A DNA stretch of 63,940 bases, filler included, from Sandaracinaceae bacterium (lineage in GTDB: Bacteria > Myxococcota_A > Polyangia > Polyangiales > JADJQN01), in NCBI GenBank assembly GCA_947483975.1. It is 17 parts of 17 records of this genome, joined end to end, with 100 filler letters (N's around TTAATTAATTAA, not from the genome) between each part and the next. Parts side by side here need not be neighbours in the genome. Positions count along the whole stretch, not along the records: positions 38,388 to 42,052 come from CANKOL010000468.1; positions 42,153 to 45,815 come from CANKOL010000469.1; positions 45,916 to 49,562 come from CANKOL010000470.1; 14 more parts are not named here. One strand, written 5' to 3'. Shown here one piece after another: positions 38,440 to 47,714 of the stretch; the stretch's first letter is position 1, and each line of letters starts with the position of its first letter. The notes beneath the pieces were generated by a model. The model had not been told where the DNA came from. It ran no database searches and worked only from the letters and a program-made list of their open reading frames with translations. Made by a program: the position numbers and the translations under genes.

Positions 38440-40068
38440 TCAGAGGACGCCGCGCTCGCACGCGAGCACACGCTCGTAGTGCTGCCACGCGGCGCCGCCT
38501 TGCGCGTGCAGGCGCGCCGCGAGCACGCGGTCGTCGAGCGCGCGGACCAACCGCTCGTAGGGCGCCGCGTCCACTTGCTCGTCATCGAGGCGCTGCTCGA
38601 GGCTCTCCACGTGCGTGCGCGCCTCCCGCCACGCGCGTAGCTCCGGTGCGCCGTCGAGGAACGCGCTGATCGCGTCGTGCTCGCGCGTCAGCGTGCTCTG
38701 GAAGTCGGGGTGCCAGGGATCGTCGAGCATCGGCCAGCGCGAGAGGAGCGCCGCGGACGCCGCTCGGTAGGCGGTCGCCTCGACCTCATCGATCTGCGTC
38801 AGCTGCTGCGTCAGCTCCGTCATGACGCGGTGCCGTTGCGCGAGCTCCGTCCGCGCGCGCGGCTCGCGCCCGACGAGGTCCGTGCGCTCGGCCATCGCGG
38901 CGATCACGGCGTCGGCTTCAGGCAGCGGGTAGGGCGACTCGGCGCCGTGCGCAGGCGCCGCGCCTCGTAGCCAGGTCTCGGACGTCGTCGTCGGGACATC
39001 GAGCGACGCCGACGCGATCACGGCGCGCACGTGCGCCTCGAGCAGCGAGATGTGCCCGTCGTGATCGAGGTCGAGGTCGGCGCGCGCGTCGCGACCGTCG
39101 CGGTCTTGGCCGCGCAGCGCGGCGAGGAAGTGGATCGCGTAGCCCTCGTGCACGGCGCGGTCGGGGTCCGGATCGCAGCCGCTCGCCTCGAGATCAAAAG
39201 GCGCGGCAAAGAAGCCGCAGCGGTCCGTCGTCGCCGCGCCGAGCTCGGCCCGCGCCCCGCGATAGGCGAGCTCGCCGAACCCGCCCGAGAAGCAGGACGT
39301 GATGATCACCCGCACCGTGCGGCTCGGCGGCGCGTGGTCGAGCGTCTCGGCGAGCGCGGCGGGCGTGAGCGTCTCATCGCCCCACATCAGCAGCGTCGTG
39401 TCGCTCGGCGTCTCGCCTCCGGCGCCGTGCCCCGCGAGAAAGATCGTCAGCGGCTTGGTGCCCGTCGCGAAGGCGGCGTCGATCGCGGCGAGCGTCGCGC
39501 TCACCGTCGCCGGCCCCTGCAGCGCGAGGCGCGTCGTGCGGTAGTGCGCGTCGCGACCGTCGCGCGCGTCGAAGAAGTCACCGATCTGCGACTCGACCTC
39601 GTCGCCGCGCCGCGTCTCGTCGAGCACCTGCACCGAGCGCGTGCCCGGACCGCCCGCGAAGAAGAGCAGCCCGCGGTCGGCGCCGAGCGTCTCGGCGAAG
39701 AGCCCGAGGTCGTCCTCCACGCTCAGCTGGTTGTACTCGGGGGTCGGCCCGCCCCCCGCGGCGATCCACTCCACGACCGTCGGCATCGCCGCAGGACGAG
39801 CGTCGAGCAGCGGATCGGCCTGCTCCGCGGACGCCCTCCTGTCGCGGGACTCGTGCTCCTCGCTGCGTCCGTTTGGGTGCTCCGCTCGCGCTCTCTGCGC
39901 CGCGTCCCCCGCGCCTGCGCCGCTGCTCTGCGCGCGCAGCGGCGGCCGCGCGTGCGGCGTCGTGCCGATGGCGACGCGCTGCGCTCCGAGGGCGAGGGCC
40001 GCGCCGGCGAGCGCCGACGCGACGACCGCGCTCACCCAGCCGAAAGCTCTTGCTCGACCCGTTCGCAT
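38440..40068 (-). CDS. Exported clan CD (caspase/legumain-fold) cysteine peptidase-like protein
   Basis: FLAGHG and ITSCFSGGF dyad motifs; EF-hand-like DLDHDGHISLLE; hydrophobic N-terminus. Confidence 0.7.
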   Translation of the reverse strand: MRTGRARAFGWVSAVVASALAGAALALGAQRVAIGTTPHARPPLRAQSSGAGAGDAAQRARAEHPNGRSEEHESRDRRASAEQADPLLDARPAAMPTVVEWIAAGGGPTPEYNQLSVEDDLGLFAETLGADRGLLFFAGGPGTRSVQVLDETRRGDEVESQIGDFFDARDGRDAHYRTTRLALQGPATVSATLAAIDAAFATGTKPLTIFLAGHGAGGETPSDTTLLMWGDETLTPAALAETLDHAPPSRTVRVIITSCFSGGFGELAYRGARAELGAATTDRCGFFAAPFDLEASGCDPDPDRAVHEGYAIHFLAALRGQDRDGRDARADLDLDHDGHISLLEAHVRAVIASASLDVPTTTSETWLRGAAPAHGAESPYPLPEADAVIAAMAERTDLVGREPRARTELAQRHRVMTELTQQLTQIDEVEATAYRAASAALLSRWPMLDDPWHPDFQSTLTREHDAISAFLDGAPELRAWREARTHVESLEQRLDDEQVDAAPYERLVRALDDRVLAARLHAQGGAAWQHYERVLACERGVL

Positions 40069-40283
40069 GGAAAGTCGGCGACTGTACCGCTCGCCGGGAG
40101 AGGCGTCGACGCGGGCTCCGACTCAAACGAGCGCAGCTTCTCCCAGAGGTTCTTGCGCGAGATCCCGAGGAGCGCCGCCGCCTTCGCCTTGCGGCCGTGG
40201 GTCAGCGCGAGCGCACGCCGCACGTGTCGCTTCTCGTGCTCGTGAAGAGCCTCGGCCAACGATGGGAAGTTCCGTCCGCTCAT
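40032..40283 (-). CDS. Stand-alone Fis-type helix-turn-helix protein (alternative start 40292)
   Basis: LAEALHEHEKRHVRRAL...GRKAKAAALLGISRKNLWEKL. Confidence 0.75.
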   Translation of the reverse strand: MSGRNFPSLAEALHEHEKRHVRRALALTHGRKAKAAALLGISRKNLWEKLRSFESEPASTPLPASGTVADFPCERVEQELSAG

Positions 40284-40419
40284 GTGCTCCATCCTCCCCG
40301 GGGCGGTCTGCTTTGCACCCAAGCGCGCGCAGCTCCACCGACCGGGTGCAGGCTAGCCAGCCCGCGAACCGTAGTAAAGCCAAAAAGAGGAAAGTCTGTA
40401 AACGGATGAGCGGAGCGGA

Positions 40420-42052
40420 CTACAGCCCAGAAGCTCCTCCGCTCGTGTCGAGGCCGAAGCCGCGCTCGCCCTCGCCGGTGTGGAGCGACTGGGTCCACAT
40501 CGCGTCGTTCGTCGGCGTCACCGTCGCCGACGGGCGCGCGTAGACGTCGGTGCCGTCGCCGTCGAGGAAGACGCCGAGCGACTCCGCCCGCCCGCGCAGC
40601 ATGTCGCCGACCGTCTCCACCGAGGCGTTGCCGAGCGTGAGGTCGCTCGACGCGGTGTAGTGATCGTCGCCCGCGACGTCGACGAGGAAGCCCGCGCCTG
40701 CCGCGTTCGCCGCGCCGAGCGCGAGGTTCGGCGCGACGTAGGTGTCGCTCCCGCCGCGATCGACGAGCCACGCGAGCGAGAAGTCGTGCCCCGCGCCGAG
40801 GGCCATGTTCATGCGGCGCGACGCGGTGCCGTAGAGGTCGTCGCCGTTTCCATCGTCGAGCAGCACCGCCGCGGCGAAGTGCGCCGCGCCCGCCTGCACG
40901 TACCAGCGCGCGTCGTAGCGATCTGCGCCCGCGCCGTCGAGCAGCATCCCCGTGCCAAACCAGTAGCCGGTCGCCTGCGCGAAGATCGCCGCGTCGTAGG
41001 TGTCGTCGCCCGCGCGGTCGCGGAGCACGCCGAGGCCGCCGCTCATCGGCACGCCGTCCGCGCGATCGTCGCGCCGCCCGAAGCCCGCGCCCTGCGAGAA
41101 GCTCGAGTTCGAGCCGCCCGGGTCCTGCGGCGAGAAGTAGAGGACGTCGTCAGGCACCGCGACGTAGGCGTCGTCGCCCGCGCCGTCCGCGAGCACGCCG
41201 ATCCCGCGCACATAGCCGAAGCCCTGCGCGTTCGCGTACGCGGTGTAGCGATCGCTGCCGCTCCGATCGATCAAGAGCGCGAGTCCGCCGACCGCCGCGC
41301 CCTGCGCCGCCGCCTCTGCCGTGTAGGTGTCGTCGCCGCCCGCGTCGTAGAGCACGCCGACGCCGAGCGACGCGTAGCCCTGTGAAAAGCGCAGCGAGCG
41401 ATAGGTGTCGCCCTCTGCGCCGAGGTCGAGGAGCAGCCCGACGCCGAGCCTCCCTGCGCCTTGGCGCGGGGTGCGTGAGCGCGTCGCGGGGCCCGAGCCA
41501 CCGACGACCGCTGCGTCGCGCCCATCGACGTCGGAGGGCAAGCGCGCGCTCCCTGCGGGGCCGAGATCGGTCGCGAGCGGCACCTCGTCGTACGCGTAGA
41601 GGTCGTGCCCGGCGACGTCGACGACGACCGCGACGCCGTTCGCGAGGGACGCGTTCGCGCCCGCGGGGAAGCGATAGACGTCGTCGCCGCCGAGGTCGAC
41701 GAGCAGCAGCGTCGAGTGGAAGGTCGCGTCGTCGTAGGTGTCTGCCGCGGTGCCGCCGCGCACCTCGAGGCGCCCGGCGGGAGTGTCGAACGAGAGGCGC
41801 GCGGCTGCACCTTCGTGGGTCCCGAGCTGAGCGGCGGCGTCCGCGAGATCGCGCGCGGCGGTCGCGAGCAGCGCGACGTCGACGTCCCCGAGCAGCGCGC
41901 CTTGCTCGTCGGCCCGGCGCACCTCGGGCGCGCGGAAGTGCGTCGGGAAGAGATAGCCGCCGCCTGCGTCGAGGAACGCCTCCGCGTCGGGGCCGAGCGC
42001 GGCGATGGCGCGGGCGCGCAGCGGGAGCGCCTCCGCGAGCGCGCGAAAGAGG
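40420..42052 (-). CDS. Protein with many D-x-x-G-x-D-x-Y repeats, 5'-truncated
   Basis: About 10 repeats of hydrophobic strand + DxxGxDxY, several followed by (S/A)QG; possibly Ca2+-binding (inference). Confidence 0.75.
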
Positions 42053-42152
42053 NNNNNNNNNNNNNNNNNNNNNNNNNNNNNNNNNNNNNNNNNNNNTTAA
42101 TTAATTAANNNNNNNNNNNNNNNNNNNNNNNNNNNNNNNNNNNNNNNNNNNN

Positions 42153-42346
42153 CACGCGAACTCGAGGCGCTCACCGCGCACGCGCCGCCCGAGCGGCATC
42201 GTCGCGGCGAGCGCGAGGGCGAGGCCCGCGAAGCCCGCGCCCGCGAGGGACGCGACCGCCGCCGTCGACGAGAAGAGCCCGATGCCGAGCACGAGCGCGC
42301 AGCCGAGGAACGCGGCGAGGGCCGCGCGGGTCGGCATCGGCAGCAT
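42153..42346 (-). CDS. DUF58-like protein, N-terminal fragment
   Basis: MLPMPTR start with two TM segments, directly downstream of moxR. Confidence 0.6.
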
Positions 42347-42350
42347 CGCG

Positions 42351-43319
42351 CTACCGAGCCTCGCGCCGGAACGCGACCTGCTCGAGCGCTTGCTTGACGA
42401 TCGCCTCGCGCTGCGTGCCCTCCATCTCGGCCTCGGGCGTCAGCACGAGGCGATGGGCGAGCACCGGCACCGCGAGCGCCTTCACGTCGTCGGGGAGCAC
42501 GTAGCCGCGCCCGGCGGTCAGCGCCCGCGCCCGCGACGCCTGCACGAGCGCGAGGGACGCGCGCGGCGACGCGCCGAGGTAGAGGCGCGCGTGCTGCCGC
42601 GTGAAGGTCGAGAGCCGCACGACGTAGTCGAGGAGGTCCTCTTCGACGTGCACCGTCGCGACGAGCGCCTGCATCGCGAGGATCTCGTCGGGCGAGAGGA
42701 TCTGCCGCAGCGTCGGCACAGGCTCGGTGAAGCGGCGCAGGATGCCCTTCTCGTCGCGCGGCGTCGGGTAGCCGAGCACGAGGCGCACGAGGAAGCGGTC
42801 GATCTGCGCCTCGGGCAGCGGGTACGTGCCCGCCTGCTCCACCGGGTTCTGCGTCGCGAGCACGATGAACGGCGAGGGGAGCGCGCGCGTATCCCCCTCG
42901 ATCGTCGTCTGCTGCTCCTGCATCGCCTCGAGCAGCGCGCTCTGCGTCTTGGCAGGCGCGCGGTTGATCTCGTCGCTGAGCACGACGTTCGCGAAGACCG
43001 GGCCCTCGCGCAGCTGGAACGTCCCCTCGCGCGGCGAGAGCACATAGGTGCCCGTGATGTCGGCGGGGAGCAGATCCGGCGTGAACTGGATGCGCTTGAA
43101 CGAGCAGCCGAGCGTCGAGGCGAACGCCTTGCACAGCGTCGTCTTGGCGACGCCGGGCACGCCCTCGAGCAGCGCGTGCCCGCGGGCGAGCAGCGTCACG
43201 AGCAGCATCTCGGGCACCTCGCGGGGCCCGACGTAGACGCGCTGCACCTCTTCGATCACCTGCGCGGCCCGCTGGGCGACGCGCGCGAGCACGTCTTCGC
43301 TCATTGCGTGTTCGATCAT
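42351..43319 (-). CDS. moxR: MoxR-family AAA+ ATPase
   Basis: LEGVPGVAKT, RIQFTPDLLPADITG, DEINRAPAKTQSALLEAMQE, ATQNPVE, GASPRA. Confidence 0.93.
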   Translation of the reverse strand: MIEHAMSEDVLARVAQRAAQVIEEVQRVYVGPREVPEMLLVTLLARGHALLEGVPGVAKTTLCKAFASTLGCSFKRIQFTPDLLPADITGTYVLSPREGTFQLREGPVFANVVLSDEINRAPAKTQSALLEAMQEQQTTIEGDTRALPSPFIVLATQNPVEQAGTYPLPEAQIDRFLVRLVLGYPTPRDEKGILRRFTEPVPTLRQILSPDEILAMQALVATVHVEEDLLDYVVRLSTFTRQHARLYLGASPRASLALVQASRARALTAGRGYVLPDDVKALAVPVLAHRLVLTPEAEMEGTQREAIVKQALEQVAFRREAR

Positions 43320-44569
43320 CGGGCCTGAACCGTCCTGTCCTCGAGCCGCGCGAGCAGCGCCTCACCGCGCCGCACCATGTCCCCGAACCTCGCCGCCGTC
43401 ACGCGCGGAGGGCCCGGGGGTCTGTCTTGCCGCTGATGGAGATCGTCGAGCTCGACCAAGAGCCCGCGCGCGACGGTCACCTGCGCCTCGGGCACGCCGC
43501 CCGCGCGGAGCCCCGAGAGCACATCGCGCAGCACGGTCGTCCCCGTCAGCCCCAGGCGCCGCACGATCTCCCCCTCGAGCTCGAACTTGTAGACCATCGC
43601 CGGCTGGAGGAAGTCCCCCTTGCCGTCGCGGAAGTAGTCGATGCGCCCGACCAGCCCGCCCGCGTGCGCCGGGCGCGCGAACATCCCGCGCCCGTCGTAG
43701 GGCGTGCGCCGCGGCAGCGCGGTCACCGCGACGACGAGCAAGATCGCGCTGAGCATGATCGCCGCGAGCTGCACCGCGATGGGCGGGAGCTTCGCCTGCG
43801 CGAGCTTCTCGAGCGCCGCGCGCAGGTCGTGGAGCGGACGGTCCGCGCCCGGCTCGCCGAAGCGCCCGACGATCGGCGTCGCGCCCGTGACGAGGATCAG
43901 CCGCCCGTCGCGCCCGCTCGCGAGGTAGCGGACGAGGTTCGTGGCGAAGCGTCGGTTGCCGCGGAACTGCAGCATGTTGTTGATCAGCGTGCTCGGGTCC
44001 CCGAGCGTGACGAGGCGCCCCTGCCCGACGGCGCCCGCGAGCACGAGCGCGCTGCCGGTGCGGTCGAACGAGAAGAGCGGGTCGAGGTCCCGGTGAAAGA
44101 CCTGCTGCGGGTGGTTCGTCACGAGCGCCCCGACGCCCTCGGTCAGCGGGTGCGCGCCCTCGGGGCGGGCGACGAGGAGCGCGTCGTTGCCGCGCAGGCG
44201 CAGGCTCGTCGCGGCGTTGGGGGCGCGGCGCGTGATCTGATAGGCGGCGAGGAGCGCGGCGCCGGTGCCGTAGTCATCCGCGAGGGCGATGCGCCCGCCG
44301 ACCTTCAGGAAGCCGCTCAGTCCCTCGATGGGGAGCGGCGTCGTCGGGTACACGATCAGCAGCGCATCGCGCGCGTTCAGAGTGCCGACGTCGAGGCGGC
44401 GCGGCGTCTCGACCCTGACACCTGTGTCGCGGGCGGCCTGCACGAGTTGCGAGAGTCCGTTCCAAGAGTCGCTCGCCGGATCGTAGTCCGTGTCAGCGCG
44501 CGCCCGCCCCGCGGACACGCCGAACCACACCGCGAGCGCGGCCAAGGTCGCGAGCGCGACGCGGTTCAT
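43316..44569 (-). CDS. DUF4350-like exported/membrane protein of the MoxR cluster
   Basis: Signal peptide, WNGLS, GQGRLVTLGDPS.LINNM, one TM segment; overlaps the moxR start. Confidence 0.75.
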   Translation of the reverse strand: MNRVALATLAALAVWFGVSAGRARADTDYDPASDSWNGLSQLVQAARDTGVRVETPRRLDVGTLNARDALLIVYPTTPLPIEGLSGFLKVGGRIALADDYGTGAALLAAYQITRRAPNAATSLRLRGNDALLVARPEGAHPLTEGVGALVTNHPQQVFHRDLDPLFSFDRTGSALVLAGAVGQGRLVTLGDPSTLINNMLQFRGNRRFATNLVRYLASGRDGRLILVTGATPIVGRFGEPGADRPLHDLRAALEKLAQAKLPPIAVQLAAIMLSAILLVVAVTALPRRTPYDGRGMFARPAHAGGLVGRIDYFRDGKGDFLQPAMVYKFELEGEIVRRLGLTGTTVLRDVLSGLRAGGVPEAQVTVARGLLVELDDLHQRQDRPPGPPRVTAARFGDMVRRGEALLARLEDRTVQAR

Positions 44570-44738
44570 CGACGTGGATCCTGCGAGCGCACTTGGAAAA
44601 CCCAGCGCGAGGATAGCAGGCGCTGCCGTTTGCTGGACCCCGGGACGACGACTCCGCCAAGATCCGTCTCGCTGAATCGTCTGACTCTCTCGAACGTCGC
44701 ACCAATGACACGGCACGTTCGAGCGCAGGTCTTGTCAC

Positions 44739-44754
44739 TGGCATTTCGATTGCT
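44739..44754 (+). promoter_or_regulatory. Consensus sigma54 promoter
   Basis: TGGCATTTCGATTGCT matches TGGCA-N7-TGC(A/T) with exact GG-N10-GC spacing. Confidence 0.7.
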
Positions 44755-44923
44755 ATAGATGTTGGAGGCCCGGCCGGTGAGATGTCTGAGGGAGTCAGGG
44801 ATTCGTCGGCTCCGTCCGATAGTAGTGACGAGTGATATTCGGTCAGTCGAGGCAGTCAGGGTTCGTCAGGAGTGCAGAGCGCGGGTGACCCGTCGGTCAG
44901 TCGCCGAAACAGGAGTGGACGCC

Positions 44924-45103
44924 ATGCTGCCCCCCTTCATCATCGAACAGATTCGACAGCGCGAGGAAGACGAGCGACGCCGGGACAACCGCGCCGTGCT
45001 CGAGCTGCCCATCCCGATGTATGACGCGCCGCGGCGCACCGGCGTCGAGGACGACGCGGCCGGCGGCGAGCGCGGCGTGATCATCATCGACCTGATGGGC
45101 TGA
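44924..45103 (+). CDS. Small 59-aa hypothetical protein
   Basis: AGGAG RBS; MLPPFIIEQIRQRE...LELPIP...RGVIIIDLMG. Confidence 0.75.
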   Translation: MLPPFIIEQIRQREEDERRRDNRAVLELPIPMYDAPRRTGVEDDAAGGERGVIIIDLMG

Positions 45104-45144
45104 GCGCGCCCCCGGCGATCGCGCCGGGGAGGGCCGCGTCGCGC

Positions 45145-45216
45145 CGGGCTGTGTTGGGTCAGGCTGCGTTGAGTCGGGCTGCGTTGAGTCGGGCTGTGTT
45201 GAGTCGGGCTGCGCTG
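45145..45216. repeat. 15-bp tandem repeat, about 4.8 copies, between convergent genes
   Basis: cgggctgYgttgagt-like units at 45145, 45160, 45175, 45190, 45205. Confidence 0.85.
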
Positions 45217-45256
45217 CGCTGAAGAGCTAGGCGGCGAAGGACGAGCCTGCGAACGG

Positions 45257-45815
45257 CTAGGTCGCGCGGGTGATGTCGCGGAACGACGCCTTGAGCTCGT
45301 CGGGCGTGAACGGACGGCCGTTCTGGGCGAAGGCGCCGGTCGTCTCCCGCACTCGGTAGGCATAGACGCGCGCCCCGGCGACGCCGAGGACCTCTCCGTG
45401 CACGTCGGAGGCGAGGTCGGAGCAGAGGAACGCGGCGACGGGCGCGACGTGCTCCGGGGACATCGAGTCCTCGCGGATGCCCTGGAACATCGGCAGGTCG
45501 GCGGTCGCCCGCGTGTGGGCCGTCGGGGCGATCGCGTTGAGGCGCACGTTGTGGCGGCGCAGCTCGACCGCCGCCGAGCGCACCATGCCGACGACCGCCG
45601 CGCTGACGGCGCTGACGCCCGACTGCCGCAGGCTGCCGAAGAACGCCGTCGGTCCGGTCAGCTGCACGATCGCGCCGCCGCGCCCGGCGTCGACCATCGC
45701 GCGCGCCGCGGCGCGCGTCAGGGCGAAGGCGCCGCGCAGGTGCAGGTCGATCAGCGCGTCGAGGTCGGCGTCGTCGAGCTTGAGCAGCACGCCCTCGCGC
45801 AGGATGCCCGCGCTG
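45257..45815 (-). CDS. SDR-family oxidoreductase-like protein lacking YxxxK, 5'-truncated
   Basis: AGILR, HLRGAF, NVRLNAIAP, SPEHVAPVAAFL; catalytic helix reads GVSAVSA. Confidence 0.8.
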
Positions 45816-45915
45816 NNNNNNNNNNNNNNNNNNNNNNNNNNNNNNNNNNNNNNNNNNNNTTAATTAATTAANNNNNNNNNNNNNNNNNNNNNNNNNNNNN
45901 NNNNNNNNNNNNNNN

Positions 45916-46664
45916 AAGTGCGCGCCGCCGCGATCGCGCCACGCGACGCCGCTCGAGGGCCCACCGTCGAGATTGAGCGCGTCCACGCAGCCCAGCTGCG
46001 CGAGGCGCCGCGCGAGCTCGAGCAGCGTCGGGCCGTCGGACGTCGTGTTCGCCTCGCCCTGCGTGACGATGATCTCGAGGAGCCGCCCGCGGCTCCTCAG
46101 GCAGAGCGCCGTGCGGTTCGCGCGCTGGTGCGTCTCCGAGTGGATGTTCACCCTCCGCGCGACGACGAGCCTCGGCTTCGCCTGGATCGCGAACTCCGTC
46201 GCGAGCCTGCCCGCGCGCCGCGCGTCGAGCGCCTCCGCGTCGTGCAGGACGCCGCGCCCGCCCGTCACCGTCAGCAGCCCCGAGAACGAGCGCACGAACG
46301 GCGCGAGCGTCTGCCCGTCCGCCACCGTGAGCCCTTGGGCCTCGTTCTCGGTGCCGAAGAAGCCCGCGTTCACGACGAGCGCCGCGTGCTCGTGCTCGAG
46401 CGCGGTGTCGAGGCGCGGCGTCATGCCGAGGTCCACGTAGCCGAGCTGCACCTGCGCGAGCGGCACGCGAAAGCGATAGATCTTGTAGGCGCCCACGCCG
46501 CGCGTCGCGCGAACGCGCTGGATCGTCGGCGCGAAGGGCACGACCGGCTGATGCCGCGCGTGGTGCGGCGCGTCTTGCGCGAGGGCGACGCTGAGCCCGC
46601 AGAGCACGCTGCCCAGCGCGAGCGCGAGCGCGAGACCCTGCACGTTCTGGCCAGCGATCCGCAA
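45916..46664 (-). CDS. Phosphodiester glycosidase (NAGPA-like) family protein, 3'-truncated
   Basis: VNAGFF, NRTALC, ALNLDGGPS. Confidence 0.8.
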
Positions 46665-46742
46665 GGCGCCTCGAAGCTAGCACGCGCTCCCACCGCGACC
46701 AGCCTGTGGTCCGCCGCGTTTCGTGGCAACATCGGCCTCCTT

Positions 46743-47585
46743 ATGCCCGTCGGCTCACGCGCCACGCTCCTCGCCCTCGCCGCGTTTTTCGTAGTCGCTC
46801 CGGTCGCGCAAGCTCGTGACGTCTGGCGCACGCCGGCGCCGGGCGTCCGTGTGCTGTCGCGAACAGACCATTACCGCGACGGCAGCGTCTATCAGCTGTA
46901 CGCGGCGTTCGTCGATCTGTGCGGCGAGGGCGCGCGCTTTCGCGTGACGGCGCCCGACGAGAAGCGGATCAGCGTGCCGGAGTGGGGCGAGCGCATCCAT
47001 GGCCTCGCCGCGGTCAACGGGGACTTCTTCGACGTGCGGCCGCTGCGCTCCGTCGGGCCGTTGTGCGGCAACGGGCAGTGGTGGACGCCGGCGCGCGTGC
47101 TCCAATACGACTGCATGCTCGTCGGCGGGCCCGACCGGCCAGTGTCGGTCGAGCGCGGCGCGCTCGAGCGCGTGCAGGGCGACCACTCGATCACCGAGGT
47201 GATGTCCTCGCAAGAGCAGGTCGTGCACCTCGGCGCGGTGCAGCTGCGCGAGGAGATTCGGCGCGGCGGGCGCCGTCCGCGCACCGGGGTCGGGCTGACG
47301 CGCGACGGGCACACGCTCGTGCTCGTCGTGATCGACGGCGGTGAGGACGCGCCCTCTGCGGGCGCCTCTTCGCGCGAGCTCGCGCAGCACATGATCGCGC
47401 TCGGCGTCGCGGAGGGCGTGCGCCTCGACGGGGGCGGCTCGACGACGCTCTGGGTCAAGGGGATCGGCCTCGTGAACCGCCCGAGCGAGGTGCTCCGGCG
47501 CGTCGCGAATCACGTCGGCGTCGCCCTCGTCGCGGGCGCGGGCGTGCCCGCTTGGTGCCAGAGCACAGGCGCCGCGCCTCGATAG
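46743..47585 (+). CDS. Phosphodiester glycosidase (NAGPA-like) family protein
   Basis: Signal peptide; AVNGDFF, PRTGVG, LDGGGST, NRPS, VANH. Confidence 0.85.
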   Translation: MPVGSRATLLALAAFFVVAPVAQARDVWRTPAPGVRVLSRTDHYRDGSVYQLYAAFVDLCGEGARFRVTAPDEKRISVPEWGERIHGLAAVNGDFFDVRPLRSVGPLCGNGQWWTPARVLQYDCMLVGGPDRPVSVERGALERVQGDHSITEVMSSQEQVVHLGAVQLREEIRRGGRRPRTGVGLTRDGHTLVLVVIDGGEDAPSAGASSRELAQHMIALGVAEGVRLDGGGSTTLWVKGIGLVNRPSEVLRRVANHVGVALVAGAGVPAWCQSTGAAPR

Positions 47586-47714
47586 CGGCGAGCGTCTCTG
47601 CAGCTGCGAGCGACTCCGCTGCGAGCGTCTCCGCAGCGCGCCCCGTCGAGCGCGCGCGGGAGACGGCCCCTGAGGACTCGACGCCGCGCGGCGGAGCCCC
47701 ATGTCCTCGAGCGC

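Noticed and set aside
45145..45216. 15-bp tandem repeat (also 49676-49788 and 47588-47640) as a functional array
   Set aside because: Simple intergenic tandem repeats without spacers or associated enzymes.
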